From positions 352,001 to 416,000 of the forward strand of contig CAVVKJ010000005.1 in NCBI GenBank assembly GCA_963748815.1: DNA of 64,000 nucleotides, given 5' to 3'. The translations under genes were made by a program, and so were the position numbers. This stretch comes from an uncultured Gemmatimonadales bacterium. GTDB taxonomy: Bacteria; Gemmatimonadota; Gemmatimonadetes; Gemmatimonadales; GWC2-71-9. Positions 21,671 through 30,440 of this stretch are shown one piece after another. The notes beneath the pieces are model-generated. The model was not told the DNA's origin and searched no databases. It saw nothing but the letters and a program-made list of their open reading frames with translations. Each line of letters begins with the position of its first letter. Position 1 is the first letter of the stretch.

Positions 21671-22045
21671 ATGCGCCACGCCACCGATCGACACGGCTTC
21701 ACCCTGCTCGAAGTTCTCGTCGCGGCCATCCTCCTGACCGCGGGAATTGGCGCACTCCTCCGCACCGCGTCACTCACCACCCGGATGACCGTGCAGGCTC
21801 GCCAGGCGACGCGCGCCATGCAGGCGGCCACGACGCAGATGGAGCTGCTTCGGGGCCTCGCGGCGCTGCCACCCGCGCACTGTGGCGGCCTGGCCGACGG
21901 CACCGACTCGATGCCCGACGGCACCGTCTGGCGGTGGCGTCTGGCGGCAACGGGAAGCTTGCGGGAAGCGTCGGTGGCCGTCTCCGTGCCTGTCCCCGGC
22001 GGTCGGTTGGAGGACACAGTCACGACGACCATCTGGTGCCCCTGA
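21671..22045 (+). CDS. Minor pilin, PilV-like
   Basis: HG|FTLLEVLVAAILL prepilin motif. Confidence 0.75.
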   Translation: MRHATDRHGFTLLEVLVAAILLTAGIGALLRTASLTTRMTVQARQATRAMQAATTQMELLRGLAALPPAHCGGLADGTDSMPDGTVWRWRLAATGSLREASVAVSVPVPGGRLEDTVTTTIWCP

Positions 22046-22902
22046 TGCGTGCCGACTCCCGAGGGGTGACGCTGGTCGAGATGATCGTCGCGATCGCCCT
22101 GCTGACCCTCATCACGACGGCCACGCTTCGGAGCCTGCTGGCGCTCGGCCGGCAGTCCGTCGCGGTGACAGAACACGCGGCGGTCCAGGCGGGCGTCCGG
22201 ACGGGGATGGGGCTTGCGAGGGCAGAGCTGCGCGAACTCGGCAGCGACGTCGGCGGCGCCGACCTGGTCCAGTTGGCCACCGACTCGATCACCTTCCGGG
22301 CCGCGCGGGGCTTCGGCGTCACCTGCGGCATGGCCGTCAGCCAGGTCCGGATTCTCGACGCACCGCCCCTCCCGTTCAGTCGGCTGCGCGCTCCCGCGCC
22401 CGGCCGCGACAGCCTCCTGCTCTTTGTCGAGGGCGACTCCGCCACCGCCGCCGACGACCGCTGGATCGTGTTGCCGGTGCTCTCGGTCGGGGGAGCGTCC
22501 TGCGGGGGCGTGCCGGCGCTCGCGATCGGCACGGTCGACCTGACAGCCTTTCTCCCCTCGGGCGCGCTCGCCGAGATCGTCGTCGGCGGGCCGGTCCGCA
22601 CCTTCGAAGTCATGCGGCTGGCGGAATACGCCTCCGGTGGCCAGCGCTGGCTCGGCCAGGCTTCGGTCAGCGGGGGAGAGGTGATTCAGCCGCTGGCGGG
22701 TCCCCTTGCGGGCGACGGGCTGACCCTGGAGTACCTCGGCGACGGCGGCACGGTTGTCGACCCGGCCGCCGTCCGCAGCATTCGCATCACCCTCGTCGGC
22801 GCCAGCGAGCGGCGCGCGGCCATCAACTGGACCGGCGGGGCGAATGCGTTTGTCGCCGAGACGGTCTCCACCCGGCTCTTCCTGCGGAATGTCCGGCGAT
22901 GA
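22045..22902 (+). CDS. Minor pilin, PilW-like
   Basis: RG|VTLVEMIVAIALL; C-terminal LRN. Confidence 0.75.
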   Translation: MRADSRGVTLVEMIVAIALLTLITTATLRSLLALGRQSVAVTEHAAVQAGVRTGMGLARAELRELGSDVGGADLVQLATDSITFRAARGFGVTCGMAVSQVRILDAPPLPFSRLRAPAPGRDSLLLFVEGDSATAADDRWIVLPVLSVGGASCGGVPALAIGTVDLTAFLPSGALAEIVVGGPVRTFEVMRLAEYASGGQRWLGQASVSGGEVIQPLAGPLAGDGLTLEYLGDGGTVVDPAAVRSIRITLVGASERRAAINWTGGANAFVAETVSTRLFLRNVRR

Positions 22903-23366
22903 GCGAGCGGAGGCGCGTGCGCGACCCTCGAGAGCGGGGCTTTGGCCTCCTGCTGGTCGTCGTGGTGCTCGCGCTGCTCGGTTTTCTCTCGCTCAGCGCC
23001 TTCGGGATTGCCCGCCGCGAATTCCGGGGCGCGACAGACCTGGGCTTTGCCGCGGAGGCCTTCGAGGCGGCGGAATCGGGGCTCGCCGCGGCGGCGTCGG
23101 CCGCGGCCGTCTTTGGGAGCGCTCCCCTGCGCCAGCCGCAATTGGGCCCCGGCATGACGGGAGACCGGGTCCGGTTCGCGACGACGATCCTTCGGCTGAC
23201 CGAGTCGCTCGTGCTCCTGCAGTCCACCGGGGAACGGCTCGACGGGGCAGGGGAGGTGCTGGCCCGGCGGCGGCTCGGGCTGGTAGGAAGGCTCGTCTCG
23301 CCAGCTGGCTCGGCTACCCCACGATTTGAGCAGATCCAATCCCAAGGTTGGGTACAGCTGTACTAG
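22899..23366 (+). CDS. Minor pilin, PilX-like
   Basis: ERG|FGLLLVVVVL (no Glu5), AFEAAESGL motif. Confidence 0.7.
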   Translation: MSERRRVRDPRERGFGLLLVVVVLALLGFLSLSAFGIARREFRGATDLGFAAEAFEAAESGLAAAASAAAVFGSAPLRQPQLGPGMTGDRVRFATTILRLTESLVLLQSTGERLDGAGEVLARRRLGLVGRLVSPAGSATPRFEQIQSQGWVQLY

Positions 23367-23387
23367 CTTCCTGCCCCCTGCCCCCTG

Positions 23388-23425
23388 CCCCGCTGCCCCG
23401 CTGCCCCGCTGCCCCGCTGCCCCGC
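23388..23425. repeat. Octamer tandem repeat (CCCCGCTG)x4 plus a partial copy
   Basis: Read directly from the sequence. Confidence 0.9.
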
Positions 23426-23559
23426 CTTTCTGACCCTCCGCTTTCCGCCACTTTCCTTGCGAAAGCGATTGCACCCTGCCCGGATGCCGGGGTTTAGTGG
23501 TCGAGGTGCCGTTTGTTAAGTGATTGATATCACGGATGTTATCTTGCCTGTGAATCTTT

Positions 23560-23574
23560 TGGCACATCGGTTGC
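23560..23574 (+). promoter_or_regulatory. sigma54 promoter upstream of pilM
   Basis: TGGCACATCGGTTGC; IHF consensus match TAAGTGATTGATA at 23517-23529. Confidence 0.8.
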
Positions 23575-23743
23575 CCGAGAGGGGCGTGGGCAACTCCTTC
23601 CCGGAACGGGATTTGGGGCCACCACCTGGGGGAAACAGCAGTCGACCGGGGCAGTTAAGCCCCCCTCCATGAGTCGGTGCCGGAGCGCATAACTTCGCAT
23701 CGAGCAATGGCTTGTTCAGTGTGACCTCAAGCAAGTTACTAGC

Positions 23744-23772
23744 TTGACAAATTTCGGGTCGAATGGTAGCGT
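23744..23772 (+). promoter_or_regulatory. sigma70-type promoter of pilM
   Basis: TTGACA-N17-TAGCGT with an extended -10 TG. Confidence 0.6.
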
Positions 23773-23809
23773 AGCCTACCTAACTCCCCTTTTACCGCGT
23801 CAGGCACCT

Positions 23810-24853
23810 ATGGCTCTTTTTGGTCGGAAACGGACCACGGTCGCCCTCGACATTGGCAGCGGGCTCATCAAGCTCGTCGTCATTGACCACGGCTCGGGCG
23901 AACCGGTGCTCACGAAAGTGGCCTTCACGTCCGTGGTGGACGGGGCCATCGTCGAGGGCGAGGTCATGGACCCAGGGATCGTGGCTGACGCCGTCCGGGG
24001 GCTCCTGGCCACCGCGGGGATCAAGGCCAAGCGGGTGGTGACGGCCGTCGGCGGTCGCGACGTGATCATCAAGAAGATTTCGATGGACCGGATGAAGGAG
24101 GGCGAGGCCCGCGAGCAGATCCGCTGGGAGGCCGAGCAGCACGTCCCCTTCGACATGGACAACGTGGAACTCGACTTCCAGATCCTGGACCCCGAGGGTG
24201 AGGGGCTCCAGATGGCCGTCCTCCTCGTGGCCGCCAAGCGCGAACTGGTCGAGACCAAGCAGACGCTGCTCTCCGATGTCGGGCTCGAGGCGGGCGTCAT
24301 CGACGTCGACGCCTTCGCCCTGCACAACGCCTTTGAACTGAACTATCCCGACGCCATGCACGGCGTGGTCGGCCTGGTGAACATCGGGCACGAAATGACC
24401 AACGTGAACATCCTCGACGACGGCGTGCCGGTCCTGACGCGGGACATCATGATCGGGACCCGGCGCTTCCGCGAGGATCTGCAGCGGGAACGGAACATGT
24501 CCGCCGACGAGGCCGACCAGCTGCTCCGCGGCTTCGAGCGCAACGAGGCGCTGGAGCCGCTGCTGGCCTCCCGTGGCGAGGAACTGGCCGTCGGCATCGA
24601 GCGCGCCGCCGCGTTCCTCCAGTCGTCCAGCCGCTCGGCGAGCGGGCTCGCCCGGATCTTCACCTCCGGCGGCGGGTCGCGCATCCCCGGCCTCAATCGC
24701 ATCCTCGCCGACCGCCTCCGGCTGCCGGTGCAGGCCGCCAACCCGCTCGAGCGCCTGCAGGTGGCCGAGGGCGTGTTCGACACCATGTCGCTGGATGAGG
24801 TCGCCCCGCTGTTGATGCTGCCCGTGGGCCTGGCCCTCAGGACCGCGGCGTGA
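23810..24853 (+). CDS. pilM: Type IV pilus assembly protein PilM
   Basis: ALDIGSGLIK, WEAEQHVPF, VNIGHE.T, SGGGSRIPGL, VGLALR. Confidence 0.92.
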   Translation: MALFGRKRTTVALDIGSGLIKLVVIDHGSGEPVLTKVAFTSVVDGAIVEGEVMDPGIVADAVRGLLATAGIKAKRVVTAVGGRDVIIKKISMDRMKEGEAREQIRWEAEQHVPFDMDNVELDFQILDPEGEGLQMAVLLVAAKRELVETKQTLLSDVGLEAGVIDVDAFALHNAFELNYPDAMHGVVGLVNIGHEMTNVNILDDGVPVLTRDIMIGTRRFREDLQRERNMSADEADQLLRGFERNEALEPLLASRGEELAVGIERAAAFLQSSSRSASGLARIFTSGGGSRIPGLNRILADRLRLPVQAANPLERLQVAEGVFDTMSLDEVAPLLMLPVGLALRTAA

Positions 24854-24878
24854 GCCCCGAGACCCGGACCGACGCCTC

Positions 24879-25583
24879 ATGATTGAAATCAACCTTCGTC
24901 CAGGCCAGAAGCGCGCGCGCGGCGGATCCCCGTTCGCCGGGTTGCAGGCGCAGCTGTCCGGACTCCGCGAACGGATGCGCGATCCGCTCCCGCTGGTCGC
25001 CGTGGGCGTGGTGGCGCTGGTGGTGCTCTGGCTGAGCTGGTCGTGGTTCAAGACCGGCAGCGACCTCGGCGCGCTCGAGCCGCAGCTTGAGCAGGCCCGC
25101 CAGGAAAACCAGCGCTTCCGGAACTTCGTGGCCCAGAAGAAGAAGGTCGAACTGATTCGCGACTCGCTCGTGGCCCAGATCCAGGTGCTGCAGCAGGTCG
25201 ACGGCGAGCGCTACGTGTGGCCCCACGTCATGGACGAGGTCACCCGTGCCCTGCCCCCCTACACCTGGCTCGTGGACCTCGGCGCCGCCGGTCCCGCGCC
25301 GGTGCCGGTCGTGCCTGGCTCCCCCGGCGACACCATGCCGGCGGACGCCCCGCCGCCGGTGATGCGCCTCCAGATCAATGGGCGCACCGTAGACGTGCAG
25401 GCCTTTACCCGGTTCCTGCGCCAGCTCGAGGCCTCGCCCTGGATCTCGGACGTGCAGCCGATTTCGGCGCAGACCGTCGTGCAGGATGACCGCCCCGTGA
25501 CGGCGTTCTCGATCCGGGCCGCGTTCCGCAAGGCGGACTCCGCCTACATCCGGACCGTGCCCCTCAGCCAGTCGGTGAGGTAA
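24879..25583 (+). CDS. pilN: PilN
   Basis: N-terminal IEINL.P motif, single TM, LPPYTWL; gene order. Confidence 0.85.
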   Translation: MIEINLRPGQKRARGGSPFAGLQAQLSGLRERMRDPLPLVAVGVVALVVLWLSWSWFKTGSDLGALEPQLEQARQENQRFRNFVAQKKKVELIRDSLVAQIQVLQQVDGERYVWPHVMDEVTRALPPYTWLVDLGAAGPAPVPVVPGSPGDTMPADAPPPVMRLQINGRTVDVQAFTRFLRQLEASPWISDVQPISAQTVVQDDRPVTAFSIRAAFRKADSAYIRTVPLSQSVR

Positions 25584-25590
25584 CCGCGCC

Positions 25591-26223
25591 ATGGCACTCA
25601 TCAACGACCAGAACAAGGTGCCGGTGCTGGCCATCGTCATGGCCGGTCTCATCGGGTACATGGTCTACTCCGGCGCCGGCATCGACCAGATCGGCATCGA
25701 CGGGGTGCAGGCCCGCGAGGCCCATGTCGTCGCGCTCCAGGACACCCTCGACCGCGTGCAGGCGCAGACCGACAGCGCCAAGCGGGAGCTCGCCAAGGGC
25801 ACGGCCGAAGACCTCCGCAAGGAGCTCGACAGCCACCGGGCCAGCCTCGCGCTGCTCCGCCAGATGGTGCCGGAAATGAACGAGGTCCCGAACCTCCTCG
25901 ACGCCATCTCCACCCGCGCGAAGATCCGCGGCGTGAACCTGGCGCAGGTGGTGCCGCTCCCCGAGCAGGCGGGTCCGGCCCCGTTCAACACCTACACGTA
26001 CAACATCTCGGTGCTCGGGCATTACGACGAAATCGGCGAGTTCCTCGCCGACATCGCCTCCCTGCCGCGGATCATCGTTCCCCAGGGCGTCACGATGGCG
26101 CCGGCGCCCAACAATTCCGCCAAGGTCATGGGCGACACGACGGGCGCGCTGCTCGAAGCCAAGTTCCAGATTCGGACCTTCGTGAAGTCCGCCGATCGGG
26201 AAGGAGCGAACAGTGGCACCTGA
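25591..26223 (+). CDS. pilO: PilO
   Basis: TM, coiled coil, VP..NEVPNLLD, G.YDEIGEFLADIASLPRII. Confidence 0.85.
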   Translation: MALINDQNKVPVLAIVMAGLIGYMVYSGAGIDQIGIDGVQAREAHVVALQDTLDRVQAQTDSAKRELAKGTAEDLRKELDSHRASLALLRQMVPEMNEVPNLLDAISTRAKIRGVNLAQVVPLPEQAGPAPFNTYTYNISVLGHYDEIGEFLADIASLPRIIVPQGVTMAPAPNNSAKVMGDTTGALLEAKFQIRTFVKSADREGANSGT

Positions 26224-26734
26224 CCGTATCGGGCTCACGCTCTGCCTGGCGCTCGCGCTGGCCGCCTGCGGCGGCGACGCCGAGGCCCCGGCCGCCGCCC
26301 CGGACGTCGCCCCGGCCCCAATGGTCGATGCCCAGACCGCGCAGGCCGATTCCGTCGAGGCCGCGCGCGTCGCGGCCGCCCGCGCCGACAGCGCCTCCGT
26401 CACCGGACCGCTGGCCCAGCGCGAGACCTTCGCCTACACCGGCGGCAGTCGCGACCCCTTCGAGTCGCTGCTCGACATGGCCACCTCCGGCCCCGAGCTC
26501 CCCGACCTGATGCTCGTCGCGATCTACCAGGACCTGGCCTACAACAGCAACTCCGTCGCGCTCCTGCGCGACCGCACCAACGACCGCCGGTTCAAGTTGC
26601 GGGTCGGCGATCAGCTCGGCCGCCTCAAGGTGGCGCAGATTCGTCAAAAGGATGTGGTCTTCATTGTCGAGGATTTCGGCTTCGAGCGGCAGGAAACACT
26701 GTCGCTGACCAAGCGGGAGGAAGAGACGCCATGA
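26213..26734 (+). CDS. pilP: PilP-like lipoprotein
   Basis: Lipobox LAAC, RDPFESL, RVGDQLG; lies between pilO and pilQ. Confidence 0.7.
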   Translation: MAPDRIGLTLCLALALAACGGDAEAPAAAPDVAPAPMVDAQTAQADSVEAARVAAARADSASVTGPLAQRETFAYTGGSRDPFESLLDMATSGPELPDLMLVAIYQDLAYNSNSVALLRDRTNDRRFKLRVGDQLGRLKVAQIRQKDVVFIVEDFGFERQETLSLTKREEETP

Positions 26735-28492
26735 CCCGAGTACTCACCTGTGCCCTTGCCGTCGCGCTCATGGGGCTGGCCTCGCCAGCCCGGGCCGACG
26801 TCTCCGACCCCGGGTCGGTCACCGGCGTCAGTGTCGTCTCCGCGCCAGGCCGCGCCGAGGTCGTCATCGCCATCTCCGGTGCGGTCCAGCTCAAGGACTT
26901 CATCCTCAAGGATCCCGCCCGTCTGGTCGTGGACCTGACCGGGGTCACCATCGATCCGCGCTCGCTCGGCATGTACGACGGCGTGAATCGCGGTGGCGTC
27001 CTCAACGTCCGGACCGGCCAGTACTCAGCGCAGACCGTGCGCGTGGTGGTCGAGCTGGACGCGGTCAAGGACTACACCATCGACCAGAACGCCAACGAGA
27101 TCCGGATTTCGTTCGGCGCCGAGCGGCCCTTCCTGGCCTGGTCCAGCGCGGCCCCCGGCGAGTTCTCCGCGCCGGCGTCGCGCCCCGCCTCGGCGCGTCC
27201 CGCCGGGACCCCCGAAGTGACCACCGCCTCCTACAAGGCGGCGGCCCCGGGCGACGAGCCCCGCATCACCGTGACGTGGGACAACGCGTCGATCGCCGAC
27301 GTGGTGGCAGGCTTCGCCGCCTTCAGCGGCCGCTCGATCATCCTCGGCCGCGACATCAAGGGCGAGGTGTCGGCCGAGATCAAGAACCAGCCGTGGACCG
27401 AGGCGTTCTATGCCGTCCTCGCCACGCAGGGGCTGTCCGCCACCGAGCTTCCCGGCGGCATCATCCGCGTCGACTCGCCGTCCGCGCTGTCGGCCCTCGA
27501 CTCGCTCGAACCGCTGGAGACGGTCGTGGTGCGGATGAACTACGCCCGCGCCAAGGAAATGTCGAAGAACCTCGACGGCATCCTGACCAAGGGCCGGGGC
27601 AAGGTCTTCCCGGACACCGCGTCCAACTCGCTCATCATCACCGACACGCGGAGCCGGGTCCAGAACGTCGCGACCTTCGCCCGCAGCCTCGATATCCGGA
27701 CGCCGCAGGTGGCGATCCAGGCCAAGATCATCTTCGTCAACCGCACCAGCCTCGACGAACTCGGCCTGAAGTACGACCTGGGCAGCCAGTCGACCTTCTA
27801 CAACTCGCTCGTCAGCCGACCCGATCCGGCGAACCCCGGCGACACCTACTCGCCCGGACCAGACGGTCGTCGGGCTCGGCGGCAACTCGCTCGCCGCGGT
27901 CGGCAACGCCGAAGCCAGCATCTCGCAGCCGGCGCTCGACCTGGTCTGGTCCACCGCCATCGGGAACTTCGACTTCACCGTCTTCCTCTCGGCGCTCGAG
28001 CAGACCGAACTGGCCGACATCCAGGCCGAGCCGAGCATCAACACGATGGACAACCGCGAGGCCACCATCCTCGTCGGCGAAGAGACGCCGGTTCGCGTCA
28101 TCGACTACGGGTCCGGGACCGTCGCCGCGCAGTCCACGGTGGACTTCAAGCAGACCGGTATCAAGCTCGTGGTTACGCCGCACGTGACCGACGACCGGCA
28201 CATCACGATGAAGCTGCACACCGAGCGGTCCGCGGTGCGCCCGGTCGCCGACCGCGAGCTCGGCTTCATCGTCGAAACCCAGCAGGCCGACAACCAGCTC
28301 CTCGTGGCGGACGGCCAGACGGCCGTCATCGGCGGCCTGACGGTCACCGAGGTCAACAAGACCCGCTCCGGCATCCCGATGCTGTCGCGACTGCCGCTCC
28401 TCGGCCCGCTCTTCTCTTTCAGCAGCAACCGGGAACAGCGGAAGGACCTGATCATCCTGGTCACCCCGCGCATCCTGGACGACAACTTCTAG
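26731..28492 (+). CDS. pilQ: Type IV pilus secretin PilQ (frameshift near 27855)
   Basis: AMIN domain (PARLVVDL), QVAIQAKI; second frame has GIKLVVTPHV, DGQTAVIGGL, GIPMLSRLPLLG.LF, LVTPRIL. Confidence 0.9.
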
Positions 28493-28608
28493 GCGGACCG
28501 CCGCGCGGCCTCGCCGCGCCACCTTCCACCACCCGTGAGCCCGACCCGTGTCGGGCTCACGCGTTTCTCCCGGCCGCGCGGCCTGGCGACCGGCAACCTG
28601 GACATCGC

Positions 28609-29805
28609 GTGCACTTTCGATTCACCACCGCAGGCGAATCGCATGGCCCGGCCCTCGTGGCCATCGTCGAAGGGCTGCCGGCAGGACTGCCGGTGGCCGC
28701 GTCGTTTGTGGATGCGCAGCTCGCCCGCCGGATGCAGGGGTACGGGCGCGGCGCCCGGATGCAGATCGAGCAGGACCGGATCGAGTGGCTCAGTGGCGTC
28801 CGGCGCGGCGAGACCCTCGGCTCCCCGGTCGCCATGCAGGTCGCCAACCGGGACTGGGCCAACTGGAAGGACGTCATGGCGCCCGAGGGGACTCCAGGCG
28901 AGCCCCGACGCCGCCAGGTGACCCGCCCGCGCCCCGGCCACGCCGACCTCGTCGGGGTCCTCAAGTACGACCGTGAGGACGCCCGGGACATCCTCGAGCG
29001 CGCCAGCGCGCGCGAAACGGCGGCACGCGTCGCGGCCGGCGCCCTGGCCCGGCGCCTCCTCGAGGAGTTCGGGGTCGCCATCGGCAGTCACGTCGTGTCA
29101 CTCGGCGGCATCCCTGCCCGGCCGCCCCATCCGCTCCCCTCGCCGCTCAACGAGGCCGCCGACCGGTCCGCCGTTCGGGTCCTCGACCCCGCCGCCGAGG
29201 CCGAGATCATCCGGCGGATCGACGCGGCCAAGGCGGCCGGCGACACGTTGGGCGGGGAAGTGGAGGTCGTGGTCGAGGGGCTGGTGCCGGGCCTCGGCAG
29301 CCATGTGAGCTGGGACCGCAAGCTCGATGGGCGGCTGGCCGGACTGTTGATGTCGATTCCAGCCGTGAAAGGGGTCGAGATCGGGCTCGGATTTGAGGCC
29401 GCACGACGGCCCGGCTCGGCAGTGCATGACCCCATCCTCGCCGCGCCGGTGCGCGGTGCCGGGGTGAAGGTAGGCTACGGGCGCCAGACCAATCACGCCG
29501 GCGGGCTGGAAGGCGGCATGACGACCGGTGAGCCGCTCATCGTGCGGGTGGCAATGAAGCCGATCAGCACGCTCATGAGCCCGCTCCCGACGGTCGACCT
29601 GACGACCGGGCAGGCGGCCGCGGCGCAGAGCGAGCGCTCCGACGTGACCGCGGTGCCGGCCATGGGGGTGGTGGCGGAAGCGATGGTGGCCGTCGTGCTG
29701 GCCGACGCGATGCTCGAAAAGTTCGGCGGGGATTCGCTGGGCGAGATGCGCCGCAACGTCGAGGGGTACGTCGCGGCGCTCCAGGCGCGGCGGACCGCTC
29801 GGTGA
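28609..29805 (+). CDS. aroC: Chorismate synthase
   Basis: TAGESHG, RPRPGHADL, ERASARETA, GGLEGGMTTG, ERSDV. Confidence 0.95.
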   Translation: MHFRFTTAGESHGPALVAIVEGLPAGLPVAASFVDAQLARRMQGYGRGARMQIEQDRIEWLSGVRRGETLGSPVAMQVANRDWANWKDVMAPEGTPGEPRRRQVTRPRPGHADLVGVLKYDREDARDILERASARETAARVAAGALARRLLEEFGVAIGSHVVSLGGIPARPPHPLPSPLNEAADRSAVRVLDPAAEAEIIRRIDAAKAAGDTLGGEVEVVVEGLVPGLGSHVSWDRKLDGRLAGLLMSIPAVKGVEIGLGFEAARRPGSAVHDPILAAPVRGAGVKVGYGRQTNHAGGLEGGMTTGEPLIVRVAMKPISTLMSPLPTVDLTTGQAAAAQSERSDVTAVPAMGVVAEAMVAVVLADAMLEKFGGDSLGEMRRNVEGYVAALQARRTAR

Positions 29806-30323
29806 TCGACCGGCACATCGTCCTGATCGGACTTCCGGGTTCCGGCAAGAGCACGGTGGGACCCCTCGTGGCTGCCGCCCTCGAACTCCCGTTCGTCGAC
29901 CTGGACGGCGTGATCATTCGCCGGATGGGGATGCCGGTGGCCCGGATCTTCGGGGAGTTCGGGGAGGCGCATTTCCGGACGCTTGAGCGTGAAGCGACGG
30001 CCGACCGACTCGCCTCCGATCCGGCCGTAATTGCGCCCGGTGGTGGCTGGGCCGCACAACCGGGGAATCTCGAGCAGGCCCGGGATCGGGCGCTGTTCTT
30101 CTACCTGCTGGTGGCCCCGGACATCGCCCTCGAGCGGGCGGGGCGGGGCGCGGTGCGTCCGCTGCTCGCCGGCGGGGAGGGACTGACCCGCATGAACACA
30201 CTCCTGGCCGAGCGGGAATCGTTCTATGCGCGGGCCGACGCGACCGTCCGGAACGACAGCGAGGACCCCGCGCCCGCCGCCGCCGAAATCGTGGAGTGGA
30301 TCCGCCGAGGCGGCTTCGCCTGA
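29802..30323 (+). CDS. aroK: Shikimate kinase
   Basis: GLPGSGKST, DLD, GEAHFR, PGGG, RPLL. Confidence 0.9.
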   Translation: MIDRHIVLIGLPGSGKSTVGPLVAAALELPFVDLDGVIIRRMGMPVARIFGEFGEAHFRTLEREATADRLASDPAVIAPGGGWAAQPGNLEQARDRALFFYLLVAPDIALERAGRGAVRPLLAGGEGLTRMNTLLAERESFYARADATVRNDSEDPAPAAAEIVEWIRRGGFA

Positions 30324-30440
30324 GCCGTCCATCCGCGGTGGATTTGATCCTCCCGCCTTGCCATTCGGTCACGCCCGTCCTTAGTTGCTAGCGATTTTCC
30401 GGGTTGGCGGGACCAATCTGACTGTCTGATATCGAGGCCT

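Noticed and set aside
26731..29805. 1024-aa PilQ-AroC fusion ORF
   Set aside because: Artefact of the pilQ frameshift near 27855. The secretin C-terminus is in another frame ending at 28492 and aroC starts at 28609.
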